Source: Elusimicrobia bacterium GWA2_51_34 (lineage in GTDB: Bacteria; Elusimicrobiota; Elusimicrobia; Elusimicrobiales; UBA9959). From it: a stretch of DNA of 64,000 nt. The DNA is taken from positions 23,344-87,343 of the forward strand of contig MGTS01000018.1 in assembly GCA_001799565.1 (NCBI GenBank). The letters are read 5' to 3'. The position numbers were made by a program, and so were the translations under genes. The notes below the pieces were generated by a model that did no database searches, had not been told where the DNA came from, and saw nothing but the letters and a program-made list of their open reading frames with translations. Shown here piece after piece: positions 27,387 through 36,231 of the stretch (its first letter is position 1; every line of letters starts with the position of its first letter).

Positions 27387-27414
27387 TGACATTCAAAATC
27401 GCTTTTGCTAAAAT
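27386..27414 (+). promoter_or_regulatory. Sigma-70-like promoter of groES-groEL
   Basis: TTGACA (27386-27391), 17-nt spacer, TAAAAT (27409-27414). Confidence 0.7.
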
Positions 27415-27440
27415 TAGCAATTGAAGGGTTTAAGTGCTAA
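27414..27440 (+). promoter_or_regulatory. CIRCE-like operator 2 (HrcA box)
   Basis: TTAGCAATT-N9-AAGTGCTAA, overlapping the -10 and transcription-start region. Confidence 0.75.
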
Positions 27441-27486
27441 AAATCATTTTTCAAAAAACCAGGCACTTTAAAAAGGAGACAGCAAT

Positions 27487-27795
<309 letters not shown>

Positions 27796-27824
27796 TATAA
27801 TATAAGGAAAGGAGAAACATTAAC

Positions 27825-29468
27825 ATGGCAAAGCAGATAATTTATTCGGAAGAGGGGCGCATGCTCCTGAAAGCCGGCGTGGACAAGCTGGTCAACGCCG
27901 TAAAAGTAACCCTTGGCCCCAAGGGCAAAACGGTCATACTCTCAAAGAAATACGGCTCACCCACCATCATTGACGACGGCGTAACCATCGCCAAGGAAAT
28001 AGAGCTGGAAAACAGCTTTGAGGATATGGGCGCGCAGTTAGCGCGTGAGGCCGCTTCAAAAACCAACGACATAGCGGGTGACGGCACCACCACAGCGGCC
28101 GTGCTCACCCAGGCTATTTTCGGCGAGGGTCTTAAGAACATCACAGCCGGCGCCGACGGCAGGCATGTCAAACGCGGCATAGATAAGGCCGTGCAGGCCC
28201 TGGTGGAAGACCTCAAAAAAATGTCCAAGCCCGTAAAAACGAAGGAAGAGAAGGCGCAGATAGCCACCATATCCGCCAACGACAAAGTTATAGGCGACCT
28301 CATCGCCCAGGCTATGGAAAAAGTCGGACATGAAGGCGTTATCACCGTTGAAGAGGGCAAATCCTCCGAAACAGAACTGGACGTGGTTGAAGGCATGCAG
28401 TTTGACCGCGGCTATGTGTCGCCCTACTTCGTCACCGATCCGGAAAGGATGGAATGCGTTCTTGAGGACGTTTTGATCCTTCTCACCGACAAGAAAATCT
28501 CCGCCATGAGCGACCTGCTGCCTACCCTGGAAAAAATAGTTCAGACCGGCAAACAGTTCCTTATAATAGCGGAAGACATTGACGGCGAAGCCCTGGCCAC
28601 CTTAGTGGTCAACAAACTGCGCGGCACGCTTAAAGGCTGCGCCGTGAAAGCCCCCGGGTTCGGCGACAGACGCAAAGAAATGCTTGAAGACATCGGCATC
28701 CTCACCGGCGGCGAAGTTGTAAGCGAAGACCGCGGAATGAAACTTGACAAAACCACCATTGAGCAGCTGGGCAAAGCCAAGCGCGTGGTTATAGACAAAG
28801 AGAATGCCACCATAATTGACGGCGCGGGCGACAAAGCGGTGATAAAGAAACGCACCGGCCAGATCCGCAAGCAGATAGAAGACACCACCTCCGACTACGA
28901 CAAGGAAAAACTTGAGGAAAGGCTTGCCAAGCTTTCCGGCGGAGTAGCCGTGATACGCGTGGGAGCGGCAACCGAAACCGAGATGAAGGCCAAGAAATCC
29001 AAAATAGAAGACGCCAAAAACGCCACCAAGGCGGGCGTGGAAGAAGGCATCGTCCCCGGCGGCGGAGTGGCTCTTATACGCGCGGCAAAAGCGCTTGACA
29101 GGGTGAAGCCCGACAACGAAGACGAGAAAACCGGCGTCAACATTGTGCGCAAGGCTATATACGCGCCTTTGAGGATAATCGCCGAGAACGCGGGCATGGA
29201 CGGCTCCATCGTCATTGAGAAAATAAAGAACTCTTCCAATGAGATAGGCTTTGACGCCGACTCGCTGACATACGTTGATGTGATGAAAGCCGGCATCGTG
29301 GACCCGTTAAAGGTGACACGCACCGCGCTTGAAAACGCGGCTTCAATAGCGAGCACACTGCTTACCACCGAGTGCCTGGTTGCGGACCTCCCCGAGAAGA
29401 AAGACAAGATGCCCGCGATGGGCGGCGGGGGAATGGGCGGAATGGGCGGCGGCGGAGATATGTATTAA
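27825..29468 (+). CDS. groEL: Chaperonin GroEL
   Basis: 547 aa. AGDGTTTA, canonical GroEL sequence and a GGM-rich C-terminus. Confidence 0.99.
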   Translation: MAKQIIYSEEGRMLLKAGVDKLVNAVKVTLGPKGKTVILSKKYGSPTIIDDGVTIAKEIELENSFEDMGAQLAREAASKTNDIAGDGTTTAAVLTQAIFGEGLKNITAGADGRHVKRGIDKAVQALVEDLKKMSKPVKTKEEKAQIATISANDKVIGDLIAQAMEKVGHEGVITVEEGKSSETELDVVEGMQFDRGYVSPYFVTDPERMECVLEDVLILLTDKKISAMSDLLPTLEKIVQTGKQFLIIAEDIDGEALATLVVNKLRGTLKGCAVKAPGFGDRRKEMLEDIGILTGGEVVSEDRGMKLDKTTIEQLGKAKRVVIDKENATIIDGAGDKAVIKKRTGQIRKQIEDTTSDYDKEKLEERLAKLSGGVAVIRVGAATETEMKAKKSKIEDAKNATKAGVEEGIVPGGGVALIRAAKALDRVKPDNEDEKTGVNIVRKAIYAPLRIIAENAGMDGSIVIEKIKNSSNEIGFDADSLTYVDVMKAGIVDPLKVTRTALENAASIASTLLTTECLVADLPEKKDKMPAMGGGGMGGMGGGGDMY

Positions 29469-29503
29469 GTAACAACGCCATAGGCCATAAGCCTTAGGCT
29501 AAC

Positions 29504-29542
29504 AAAAAACCCCGGGCCCGAAAAGCCCGGGGTTTTTATTTT
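29504..29542 (+). terminator. Intrinsic terminator after groEL
   Basis: A-run, stem ccccgggc/gcccgggg (29510-29517 / 29525-29532), then tttttatttt. Confidence 0.85.
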
Positions 29543-29550
29543 ACCTACTG

Positions 29551-29680
29551 ATGGGGGCCAGTCATGGGATTGCCCTTCCGCCGCGTAGGAAACCCTCCCG
29601 TGGTTTCCCTCCAACCCGGATTATGGGTTGGAGCCTCCCATCCGCTATGCGGCTCCAGAGCAAACCCATGCCTGTCCCCT
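29551..29680. ncRNA. Candidate structured RNA module (irregular closing helix enclosing at least two adjacent hairpins); class unknown
   Basis: catggg (29563-29568) pairs with cccatg (29665-29670), with G-rich/C-rich extensions. Internal hairpins are ggaaacc-ctcccgt-ggtttcc and ctccaaccc-ggattat-gggttggag. Confidence 0.35.
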
Positions 29681-29714
29681 GATTCCCTCTTCGCCTTGAA
29701 TAAATATTATAGGT

Positions 29715-29925
29715 GTCCCCACCCATCGTTAACTTGAATGCCCCACCCTCTTATTTCACTGCGAATCGCTTACGGAAACACCCAAATGAATTTAGTAAGT
29801 TGAAAGCTAGGACTAAGTTTTTAGAAGGTCAGACTTGCTTTAGGAAAATCGGGTCAGACACCAGACATTCAGAAAGTGGTTTTTAGGGTGGGTAATTCGG
29901 ATGTATCATAATTTGGGCGGGGAAC
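29715..29925. other. AT-rich ORF-free module bounded by nested CCCCACCC / GGGTGGG-type complementary segments
   Basis: gtccccaccc (29715-29724) with gggcggggaac (29915-29925), and gccccaccct (29740-29749) with agggtgggta (29885-29894). The interior has ggtcagac twice. Confidence 0.3.
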
Positions 29926-29990
29926 CTATATATAAAAATCACTTGCACCAAAAACATAAGGTGTGAAATACAATTTAGGAAAGGACACAA

Positions 29991-30190
29991 GAGGAGAGAG
30001 AGGATTCCCTGTACGCTCCTTTTAGGGTTTTAAGCGCGGGGGCTGGAGCGAATCCTTATCATTCAAGGACGGAGAGGACCGTTCAAGCCGGGCCGCTGTG
30101 CGGGCCGGCGCGTTCCGGAGCCGGCGGAAGACCTCGCGCTTATCCGCCAAAACCCGGTCTTGGAGCGCACAGGGAACCCTATCTCTCCTC
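29991..30190 (-). ncRNA. Candidate ~200-nt rod-like structured RNA (or MITE-like element with 29-nt inverted termini); class unknown
   Basis: 29-nt arms (29991-30019 / 30162-30190) are complementary except at 3 positions. Two of these become G-U only on the minus strand. Second-tier helices are gggtttt/aaaaccc and aagcgcg/cgcgctt, and the apex has GC hairpins. Confidence 0.4.
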
Positions 30191-30239
30191 TATAACAGAA
30201 ACCGCGTTTAATTGTCTTATAGTCCCTATATAAAATAAC

Positions 30240-31490
30240 CTACACAGTTTCGGGGGATTCTATGGGGGAGGCGGGGGCTTCGGGGTTGCGCAGGCCGTCC
30301 TGCTCGGGGGATAGTTTGCGGCCGAGGCTGCGGAACCCCAAGGAAGAAACAACCGCTACAAAAGCCACAATAAACCATGGGCCCTGCTGGAAAAACGGGC
30401 TTATATCGCCTATGGCGTTTGAGCCCACAAGAATTCCCGCCGAACTGCCCACCTGCTGGAATACGCCCTGCACTCCAAGATAACGCCCCTTTTCACCGCG
30501 CGGCGCCATATTGGCCCCCAACGCCTGCAGGCCCGGCGAAACTGCCATCTCACCCAGCGTCACCACCGCTATGGCCGCCGCGGCCGCGTAAAAAACCGTG
30601 GTAAAACCAAAAGCAAGATAACCAGCGCCGTAAAAAATAGCCCCCGCGGCAAGCCCAGCGGTCAGGCGGCGCGTTTGAAGCACACGCGTCACAAAATACT
30701 GCAGCGCCACCACCATCAGGCCGTTTATGGAAAAAAGCAGACCGATTTCCGTCTCGGAGAAACCAAGATACTTTTTTGAGTAAAGCGAAGTTGAAACCAC
30801 AAGCTGGCTCATTACGGCGCACATGGTGAAAGTAAAAACGCAGAAGCGCAGGAACCGGGTGTTTTTCAAAGTCGCGGCGCCGTCGCTAAAACGCGGGGGG
30901 GAGAATTTTCCGCTGGCGGCGCCCGGGGCGTCCTTAATTGAGAGCGCCACAATAACCGTGCAAACCGAGTAAACACCGGCCGTCACAAAAAACATAAGCG
31001 CGTAGGAGCCTTCCGCCAGAAACCCGCCCAGCGCCGGCCCAAGCGCCCATCCCGCGTTGTTGCCCATGCGCAGAAAACCGTAGGCCTTCAGCCTGCGCGC
31101 CGGGCCCACAAAATCCGCCACCCATGACCTGGCAGCGGGATGAAAAAAAGAACCGATAAACATTCCCAGCGGATGAAAAACAAAAATAGCCCACAAGCCC
31201 GCTCCGCTGTAAACTATCCAGGCGATAACCGCGATAAGGACCGAGCGCAGAGCCAGTGAAAAAACCATAACTTTCCGCCGCCCTATGGCGTCGGAAACTT
31301 CGCCGCCTATAAACTGGGCCGCCGAAGCAACCAGCATTGAAACAGCAAGGAACACTCCCACCCAGGCCATGGGCACGCCCCGGTGAGTACTGAGATATAT
31401 CGCCAAAAAGGGGAAAGAAACCGCGTACCCGGCTGTCATAACGCCTTCCGCCGCCACCAGAAGCCAAAACCCGGCAGGATGCTTTTCCAT
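30240..31490 (-). CDS. MFS transporter
   Basis: About 12 predicted TM segments with MFS-like loops (GEVSDAIGRRK). Start set at the internal Met (MEKHPAGFWLL). The long ORF extends to 31556. Confidence 0.8.
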   Translation of the reverse strand: MEKHPAGFWLLVAAEGVMTAGYAVSFPFLAIYLSTHRGVPMAWVGVFLAVSMLVASAAQFIGGEVSDAIGRRKVMVFSLALRSVLIAVIAWIVYSGAGLWAIFVFHPLGMFIGSFFHPAARSWVADFVGPARRLKAYGFLRMGNNAGWALGPALGGFLAEGSYALMFFVTAGVYSVCTVIVALSIKDAPGAASGKFSPPRFSDGAATLKNTRFLRFCVFTFTMCAVMSQLVVSTSLYSKKYLGFSETEIGLLFSINGLMVVALQYFVTRVLQTRRLTAGLAAGAIFYGAGYLAFGFTTVFYAAAAAIAVVTLGEMAVSPGLQALGANMAPRGEKGRYLGVQGVFQQVGSSAGILVGSNAIGDISPFFQQGPWFIVAFVAVVSSLGFRSLGRKLSPEQDGLRNPEAPASPIESPETV

Positions 31491-31676
31491 AGATTCAATA
31501 ATAGCATTTAGCAGAAAAGGGCAGCAGAAACAGCGGTATTTAGCAGACAAAAACAAGCCATGTAGTCCAGTTAGAGCCTGTAGAACATCCCCTTGCTCAG
31601 CAATTCCGCGGCTGTTTGCGGAATTGCTGATTTCCCTATGAAAACGGCTTTTTTTTTGGTAAAATGATAATACGAC

Positions 31677-32402
31677 ATGTTACCCACGGAAACCGCAAGA
31701 AAAGAAAAACTGCTGGAAAATTTTTCAAACATAACACAACGGATAAAATCAGCCTGCGAAGCCGCCTCAAAAAACCCGGCGGAGGTGGAACTTCTGGCGG
31801 TAACTAAATACGCCGCGGTTGAAGACACCCGCCTGCTTGTGGAAGCCGGCAAAATAAAGTTTGCCGGTGAAAGCAGGGTGCAGGACGCCGAGAGCAAGTG
31901 GGTGAACGGCCCGCTTTCCGGCCTGCGTCCCGCGGTTGAACTGCACTTCATAGGCCACCTGCAAACCAACAAGGCCGCCATGGCCGTTGAAATTTTTGAC
32001 AGCGTGGACTGCGTGGACAGCCTGAAGCTCGCCCTTGAATTGAATAAGCATGCCGCCAAAACCGGCAGGCGCCTGAGCGTTCTTCTCCAGTTGAAACTTA
32101 CTAACTCGCCCTCGCAGCACGGGATCCCGCCTGAAGACGCGCCGGGCCTGCTTGCGGAAATAAAAAAACTTTCAAACCTGAGCCCTGAAGGCTACATGGC
32201 CATAGCGCCCCTGGCGCGCGAACCGGAAACATTAAAACCGCTTTTCGCTTCGGTAAAAAAAATTTTTGACAGGGACTTTCCTGAGCGGGCAAATAAAGAT
32301 GGGCGCAGGAATCGGCTGTCACTCGGCATGAGCGGGGATTTTGAGCAGGCTGTGGCCGAGGGAGCCACTCTTCCGCGCCTGGGCAGCATGCTGTTTGCGT
32401 AG
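31677..32402 (+). CDS. yggS: YggS-family pyridoxal phosphate homeostasis protein
   Basis: 241 aa. LLAVTKY..., HFIGHLQTNK and LSLGMSGDFEQAVAEGAT are typical of YggS/PROSC. Confidence 0.88.
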   Translation: MLPTETARKEKLLENFSNITQRIKSACEAASKNPAEVELLAVTKYAAVEDTRLLVEAGKIKFAGESRVQDAESKWVNGPLSGLRPAVELHFIGHLQTNKAAMAVEIFDSVDCVDSLKLALELNKHAAKTGRRLSVLLQLKLTNSPSQHGIPPEDAPGLLAEIKKLSNLSPEGYMAIAPLAREPETLKPLFASVKKIFDRDFPERANKDGRRNRLSLGMSGDFEQAVAEGATLPRLGSMLFA

Positions 32403-32418
32403 AACAGACTATTACTAA

Positions 32419-32522
32419 AGTAGACAGAATTCAGAAGTCAGAAGTCAGAATTCAGAATGGCGGAAACTTTCTTATGATTGGCGTCCCCATTCTGACTACT
32501 GAATTCCGACTTCTGGCTACCG
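32419..32522. repeat. Word-repeat hairpin, TCAGAAG/TCAGAAT word family
   Basis: agtagacagaattcagaagtcagaagtcagaattcagaatgg ... ccattctgactactgaattccgacttctggctacc. Confidence 0.7.
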
Positions 32523-32665
32523 GACTGGAGGTGTGACGGAGAATCCTGTTTTAAACGGTAAGCGCAGTTTAGGCCGTTTAACTACCGGCGTTGAAGAACT
32601 GCCCGCCAAACAAACCGGCGGGTCCGCCTCCGGCGGAAAGTTATGAAGCTGAAAGAGGTAAAACT

Positions 32666-32929
32666 ATGATCGTTAAAGTCAGAGTCATACCGGATTGCGA
32701 AGACAACGAAGTAGTTTCAAGAATAGGCAGTGTTCTGCGCGTAAAAATTTGCGCGCCTTCGGCCGACTTGCAGATAAATCCCCTGCTTAAGGATTATCTT
32801 TCGGAATTTTTTGAAGTTCCGCTTAAGATGGTCAATATAATACGCGGCGCCAAGGGCAGAGAAAAAACCGTGGAAATAACGGGTAAAACAGAAGAAGAAC
32901 TGAAAAACGCTTTAGATTCAATTCCGTGA
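32666..32929 (+). CDS. DUF167 (YggU-like) protein
   Basis: MIVKVRVIPDCEDNEVV...LRVKICAPSADLQINPLLKDYLSEFF...VNIIRGAKGREKTVEI. Start chosen at the ATG preceded by gaaagagg, while the ORF track starts at 32591. Confidence 0.78.
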   Translation: MIVKVRVIPDCEDNEVVSRIGSVLRVKICAPSADLQINPLLKDYLSEFFEVPLKMVNIIRGAKGREKTVEITGKTEEELKNALDSIP

Positions 32930-32931
32930 AT

Positions 32932-33024
32932 AGCTGGTAGGCTAGTAAGCGGGTAGGCTAGTAAGCTTTTTTAAGGATTCCATCCTTTAAGCCTACTAGC
33001 TTACCAGCCTACCGGCATACAAGC
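32932..33024. repeat. Word-repeat hairpin, GTAGGCTA/GTAAGC word family
   Basis: agctggtaggctagtaagcgggtaggctagtaagc - ttttttaaggattccatcctttaa - gcctactagcttaccagcctaccggcatacaagc. Confidence 0.7.
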
Positions 33025-33032
33025 AATTTTTC

Positions 33033-34136
33033 ATGATCCCACCACGTCTCATTTACAAACCGGGCCGGCTGAAAATACTTGATCAGCGGCTTCTCCCTCA
33101 TAAAATAGCCTATACAACCGCGCGAGACGCGGCTGAAACCGCCGCCGCGATAAAAGACATGGTGCTTCGGGGCGCGCCCCTTATTGGCTGCGCGGCCGCC
33201 TATGGCATGGTACTTGAACTTGAACAACAGGGGTCAGGAGCCAGTGGCCAGTGGTCAGTGGTCGGAGGCCGAAAGTTAGATTCTGCGACCGCGGCCAGGA
33301 AAACACTTGTGGCCGCGGGCATAACGCTGAAGGCCGCCCGTCCTACCGCCGTTGCGCTCTTCTACGCCGTGGACCGGATGCTGGAGAAAGCGGACTTGTG
33401 GCTTAAAGCGCATCCCTTTGATTACATGCGCTTTTTGGCGGCGCTGCGCCGGGAAGCCGGCCTGATAACCCGCGAAGACAAAGCCGCCTGCGCCCGCATG
33501 GGTGATTTCGGCGCCGGCCTTTTAAAGAAAAACTCTATAGTCCTCACCCATTGCAACGCCGGCGCTTTGGCTACCATGGGTATAGGCACTGCTGTCGGCG
33601 TAATTACCAAAGCCCACTCGCTTAAAAAGATAAAGCACGCTTATTCTTCGGAAACCCGGCCTTACCTGCAGGGAGCGCGCCTGACCATTTGGGAACTTGC
33701 GCGAAGCGGGGTGCCCTCTTCACTGATCACCGACAATATGGCCGCCCACATAATGAAAACCTGCGGCGTGAACGCCGTGATAGTGGGAGCCGACCGCATA
33801 GCCGCTAACGGAGATACGGCAAATAAAATAGGCACCTATGGTCTTGCGGTGCTGGCCCGTTACCACGGAATTCCGTTCTACGTGGCGGCGCCCGCGCCTA
33901 CCATTGACCTGAAATTAAAAAACGGCTCCCTGATAAAAATAGAAGAGCGCTCTTCCGATGAAGTCACTTTTATAAACGGCCGCCTGTGCGCCCCAAAAGG
34001 CGTAAACGCGCGACATCCGGCCTTTGATGTAACCCCCGCCGGCCTTATAACCGCCCTGGTCACAGAAAAAGGCGTAATAAGCCCCGTAAACAAGAAAAAT
34101 ATAGTTAAACAATTAAGTAAGCGAATAGCGAAATAG
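33033..34136 (+). CDS. mtnA: S-methyl-5-thioribose-1-phosphate isomerase (eIF-2B alpha/beta/delta-like family)
   Basis: LKILDQRLLPHK...AIKDMVLRGAPLIG...THCNAGALAT...VGADRIAANGDTANKIGTY. Confidence 0.88.
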   Translation: MIPPRLIYKPGRLKILDQRLLPHKIAYTTARDAAETAAAIKDMVLRGAPLIGCAAAYGMVLELEQQGSGASGQWSVVGGRKLDSATAARKTLVAAGITLKAARPTAVALFYAVDRMLEKADLWLKAHPFDYMRFLAALRREAGLITREDKAACARMGDFGAGLLKKNSIVLTHCNAGALATMGIGTAVGVITKAHSLKKIKHAYSSETRPYLQGARLTIWELARSGVPSSLITDNMAAHIMKTCGVNAVIVGADRIAANGDTANKIGTYGLAVLARYHGIPFYVAAPAPTIDLKLKNGSLIKIEERSSDEVTFINGRLCAPKGVNARHPAFDVTPAGLITALVTEKGVISPVNKKNIVKQLSKRIAK

Positions 34137-34210
34137 GGCATAGCGAATTAGGGAAGGAGTTCTTTACAAACCATACCGCCGCTATTCGCTATTTCGCTAT
34201 TCGCTATCCT
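34119..34210. repeat. Word-repeat hairpin, GCGAATAG/CGCTATT word family (overlaps the mtnA 3' end)
   Basis: aagcgaatagcgaaatagggcatagcgaattaggg - aaggagttc... - gccgctattcgctatttcgctattcgctatcc. Confidence 0.65.
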
Positions 34211-34369
34211 CATTCCTGTAATCAGTTTGTAACACCCGTTTACTATCATTTAAGAGACTTCAGCGATAACAAATGATGATTTCGGCGATACTGCACAAAA
34301 AGAAATCCCTGTTTATATCACTGTAATCCTTCAGTTAATCGCTGCCATCTCTTCCAGGAGTTACAGCTT

Positions 34370-35404
34370 ATGCCGGAAATTCCATCACGCTACTACGCCT
34401 ACACAAAAAAAAGTATACGCGGCCCTTTTACGCCGCGCGACATCACCCAGCTTCCCGGGTTCTCAAAAAACACTTTGGTCTGTCCCGAAAATGCCATCGG
34501 CCAATGGCGCGAGGCGGCGCTGGAAAATGTTTTCCATAACTATTTAGACGCTTTGCCGGGCCCTGGCGCGCAGACAAAGCCGAAACCGCCTCTTAACGCC
34601 GCGCAGGCTGAAGGCGCCGCCTTGCGCTCCCTTCTTGAAAAAGGCATAACTAAAAATGCCGTTCTTGAAAATGAAGTAAGGGCTTTGCGGCGTGAACACG
34701 ATCACGAGAAAAAACGCTTTGAAGAAGAGTCGCGTAAAAAAGATTCGGAGATAAAAAACCTGGTGGAAAAACTCAAGCGTTCAAATGAAGCCGCGCGCGG
34801 CATACTACCGGAGCATCCTTCCTGGGAGACGCTTTATAAAACGCTTAAAAAACGCTCAGAGGAAAAACTGTTTGAAGCCACACAGGCGCTGTCCGAAAGA
34901 ACAGGCGAAATCATCCGCCTTAAAAACCAGATGCAGTCCATAGCAGACAGTTACGGAACCTATAAGCGGAAAAATTCCGAAGATGAAGCAAAAAAAATAT
35001 CCGCGATCGAGACTCAGATCAACGAACTGAAAAGCCAGCTGGAAGAAAAAGAAATGATCGTGCTGACCTTGAACGACAATATGAGCTCCCTTTTGTGCAA
35101 GAACGAAGAATTCCAGCGCATCATGCTGGACGAAAGGCATGACTACGAGGAACAAAGTAAAAAATTTTGCGGGGAAATAGGCGCGCTAAGAAGCGAACTG
35201 AACTGGAAGAACCAGGAAACCATAAAGATCCGCGAAGAGCTGGCCGAAACACTGAACCGCCTGAAAGAATTTGAGGCGGTTGAACATATTAAAACCCGCG
35301 AACAAGAAGAGCTCTACGGCGTCCTCCATTCAAAAATACAAATTCTGACCGGCTACTTTGAGAACCTGGAATCCCGCGTTAAATACATCTTTAAAAAAGC
35401 GTAA
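34370..35404 (+). CDS. Coiled-coil protein of unknown function (possible N-terminal GYF-like domain)
   Basis: 344 aa. The N-terminal ~60 aa look globular, and the remainder is heptad-rich and charged. Confidence 0.5.
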   Translation: MPEIPSRYYAYTKKSIRGPFTPRDITQLPGFSKNTLVCPENAIGQWREAALENVFHNYLDALPGPGAQTKPKPPLNAAQAEGAALRSLLEKGITKNAVLENEVRALRREHDHEKKRFEEESRKKDSEIKNLVEKLKRSNEAARGILPEHPSWETLYKTLKKRSEEKLFEATQALSERTGEIIRLKNQMQSIADSYGTYKRKNSEDEAKKISAIETQINELKSQLEEKEMIVLTLNDNMSSLLCKNEEFQRIMLDERHDYEEQSKKFCGEIGALRSELNWKNQETIKIREELAETLNRLKEFEAVEHIKTREQEELYGVLHSKIQILTGYFENLESRVKYIFKKA

Positions 35405-35412
35405 TACAGGGA

Positions 35413-35506
35413 GCTTGCAGGCAAGTATGCGAGTAGGCTGGTAGGTCCCATAATAGGAACCTCTTACATAAAGCATACTAGCTTACCCGCATACCAGCCT
35501 ACACGC
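35413..35506. repeat. Word-repeat hairpin, GTAGGCT/GTATGC word family
   Basis: gcttgcaggcaagtatgcgagtaggctggtagg ... agcatactagcttacccgcataccagcctacacgc. Confidence 0.65.
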
Positions 35507-35595
35507 AAACTTCCCGCCAAACTTCCCGCCCCACCTCTAATACTGCGCCAAATTGCTATAATTAGGGAAATATAATACGGCAACGGAGTTCCACC

Positions 35596-36225
35596 ATGAC
35601 AATAACTTTTAAACAGCTTATTTCCGCCGGCGGACCCATACTTTTCTTCCTCCTGGGGCTTTCTATTTACTCCATAGCCCTCATCTGGGAACGCTGGTCA
35701 ACTTATAAAAAAACTCTCCAGGGAATGAACGATCTCCTGCGCAAAGTCCACGCCCTTCTTAAAACCGGCGAGATAAAACAGATAACGGACCTGTGCGCCC
35801 ACGCAAAAACTCCGGCAGGCGACATCATCTATAAGGTTATCACGCATTACGGCGGCCCGGTTGAAAAACGGGAAATGGCAGAAAAAGCAGTGGAATGGCA
35901 AGCATCGCGCCTTAATAAAAGCCTGACGGCGCTGGCCACCATAGGCAGCATCAGCCCGTTCATAGGTCTTTTCGGCACGGTACTGGGCGTTATACGGGCT
36001 TTCCGGGACCTGTCAATGTACGCAGGCGCCGGCCCCTCGGTGGTGGCCAACGGCATAGCCGAAGCGCTTGTGAACACGGCGGCGGGGCTTTTTGTAGCCA
36101 TACCCGCTATAGTGGCTTATAACTATTTCGTGCATAAATCAAACGACTTCGCCAGCGAACTTAACTGGGCCACGGAGCAGATAATAGACAAAACCGCTTC
36201 CAAGGATTTCAGCGGCATACTGTAG
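35596..36225 (+). CDS. MotA/TolQ/ExbB family proton channel protein
   Basis: 209 aa with 3 TM segments and the motif LATIGSISPFIGLFGTVLGVIRAF. Confidence 0.88.
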   Translation: MTITFKQLISAGGPILFFLLGLSIYSIALIWERWSTYKKTLQGMNDLLRKVHALLKTGEIKQITDLCAHAKTPAGDIIYKVITHYGGPVEKREMAEKAVEWQASRLNKSLTALATIGSISPFIGLFGTVLGVIRAFRDLSMYAGAGPSVVANGIAEALVNTAAGLFVAIPAIVAYNYFVHKSNDFASELNWATEQIIDKTASKDFSGIL

Positions 36226-36231
36226 ATGATA

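Noticed and set aside
29470-30240. RNase P RNA, tmRNA, SRP RNA or 6S RNA identity for the structured modules.
   Set aside because: By eye I could not find the diagnostic motifs:
- the RNase P P4 motifs GAGGAAAGUCC / ACAGAANCCGGCUUA;
- a tmRNA 5' GGGG acceptor with a T-arm and CCA-proximal 3' end, or an alanine-terminated tag ORF;
- the SRP domain IV GGAA/AGCA motif.

A 6S assignment rests only on the rod shape. These need cmscan before any naming.
32591-32665. Long N-terminal extensions in the ORF track for DUF167 (32591), maf (56372) and the MFS transporter (31556).
   Set aside because: The extensions lack similarity to the conserved family N-termini and, for maf, lie inside a hairpin. Internal starts (32666, 56462, 31490) fit the families better. 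These remain predictions.
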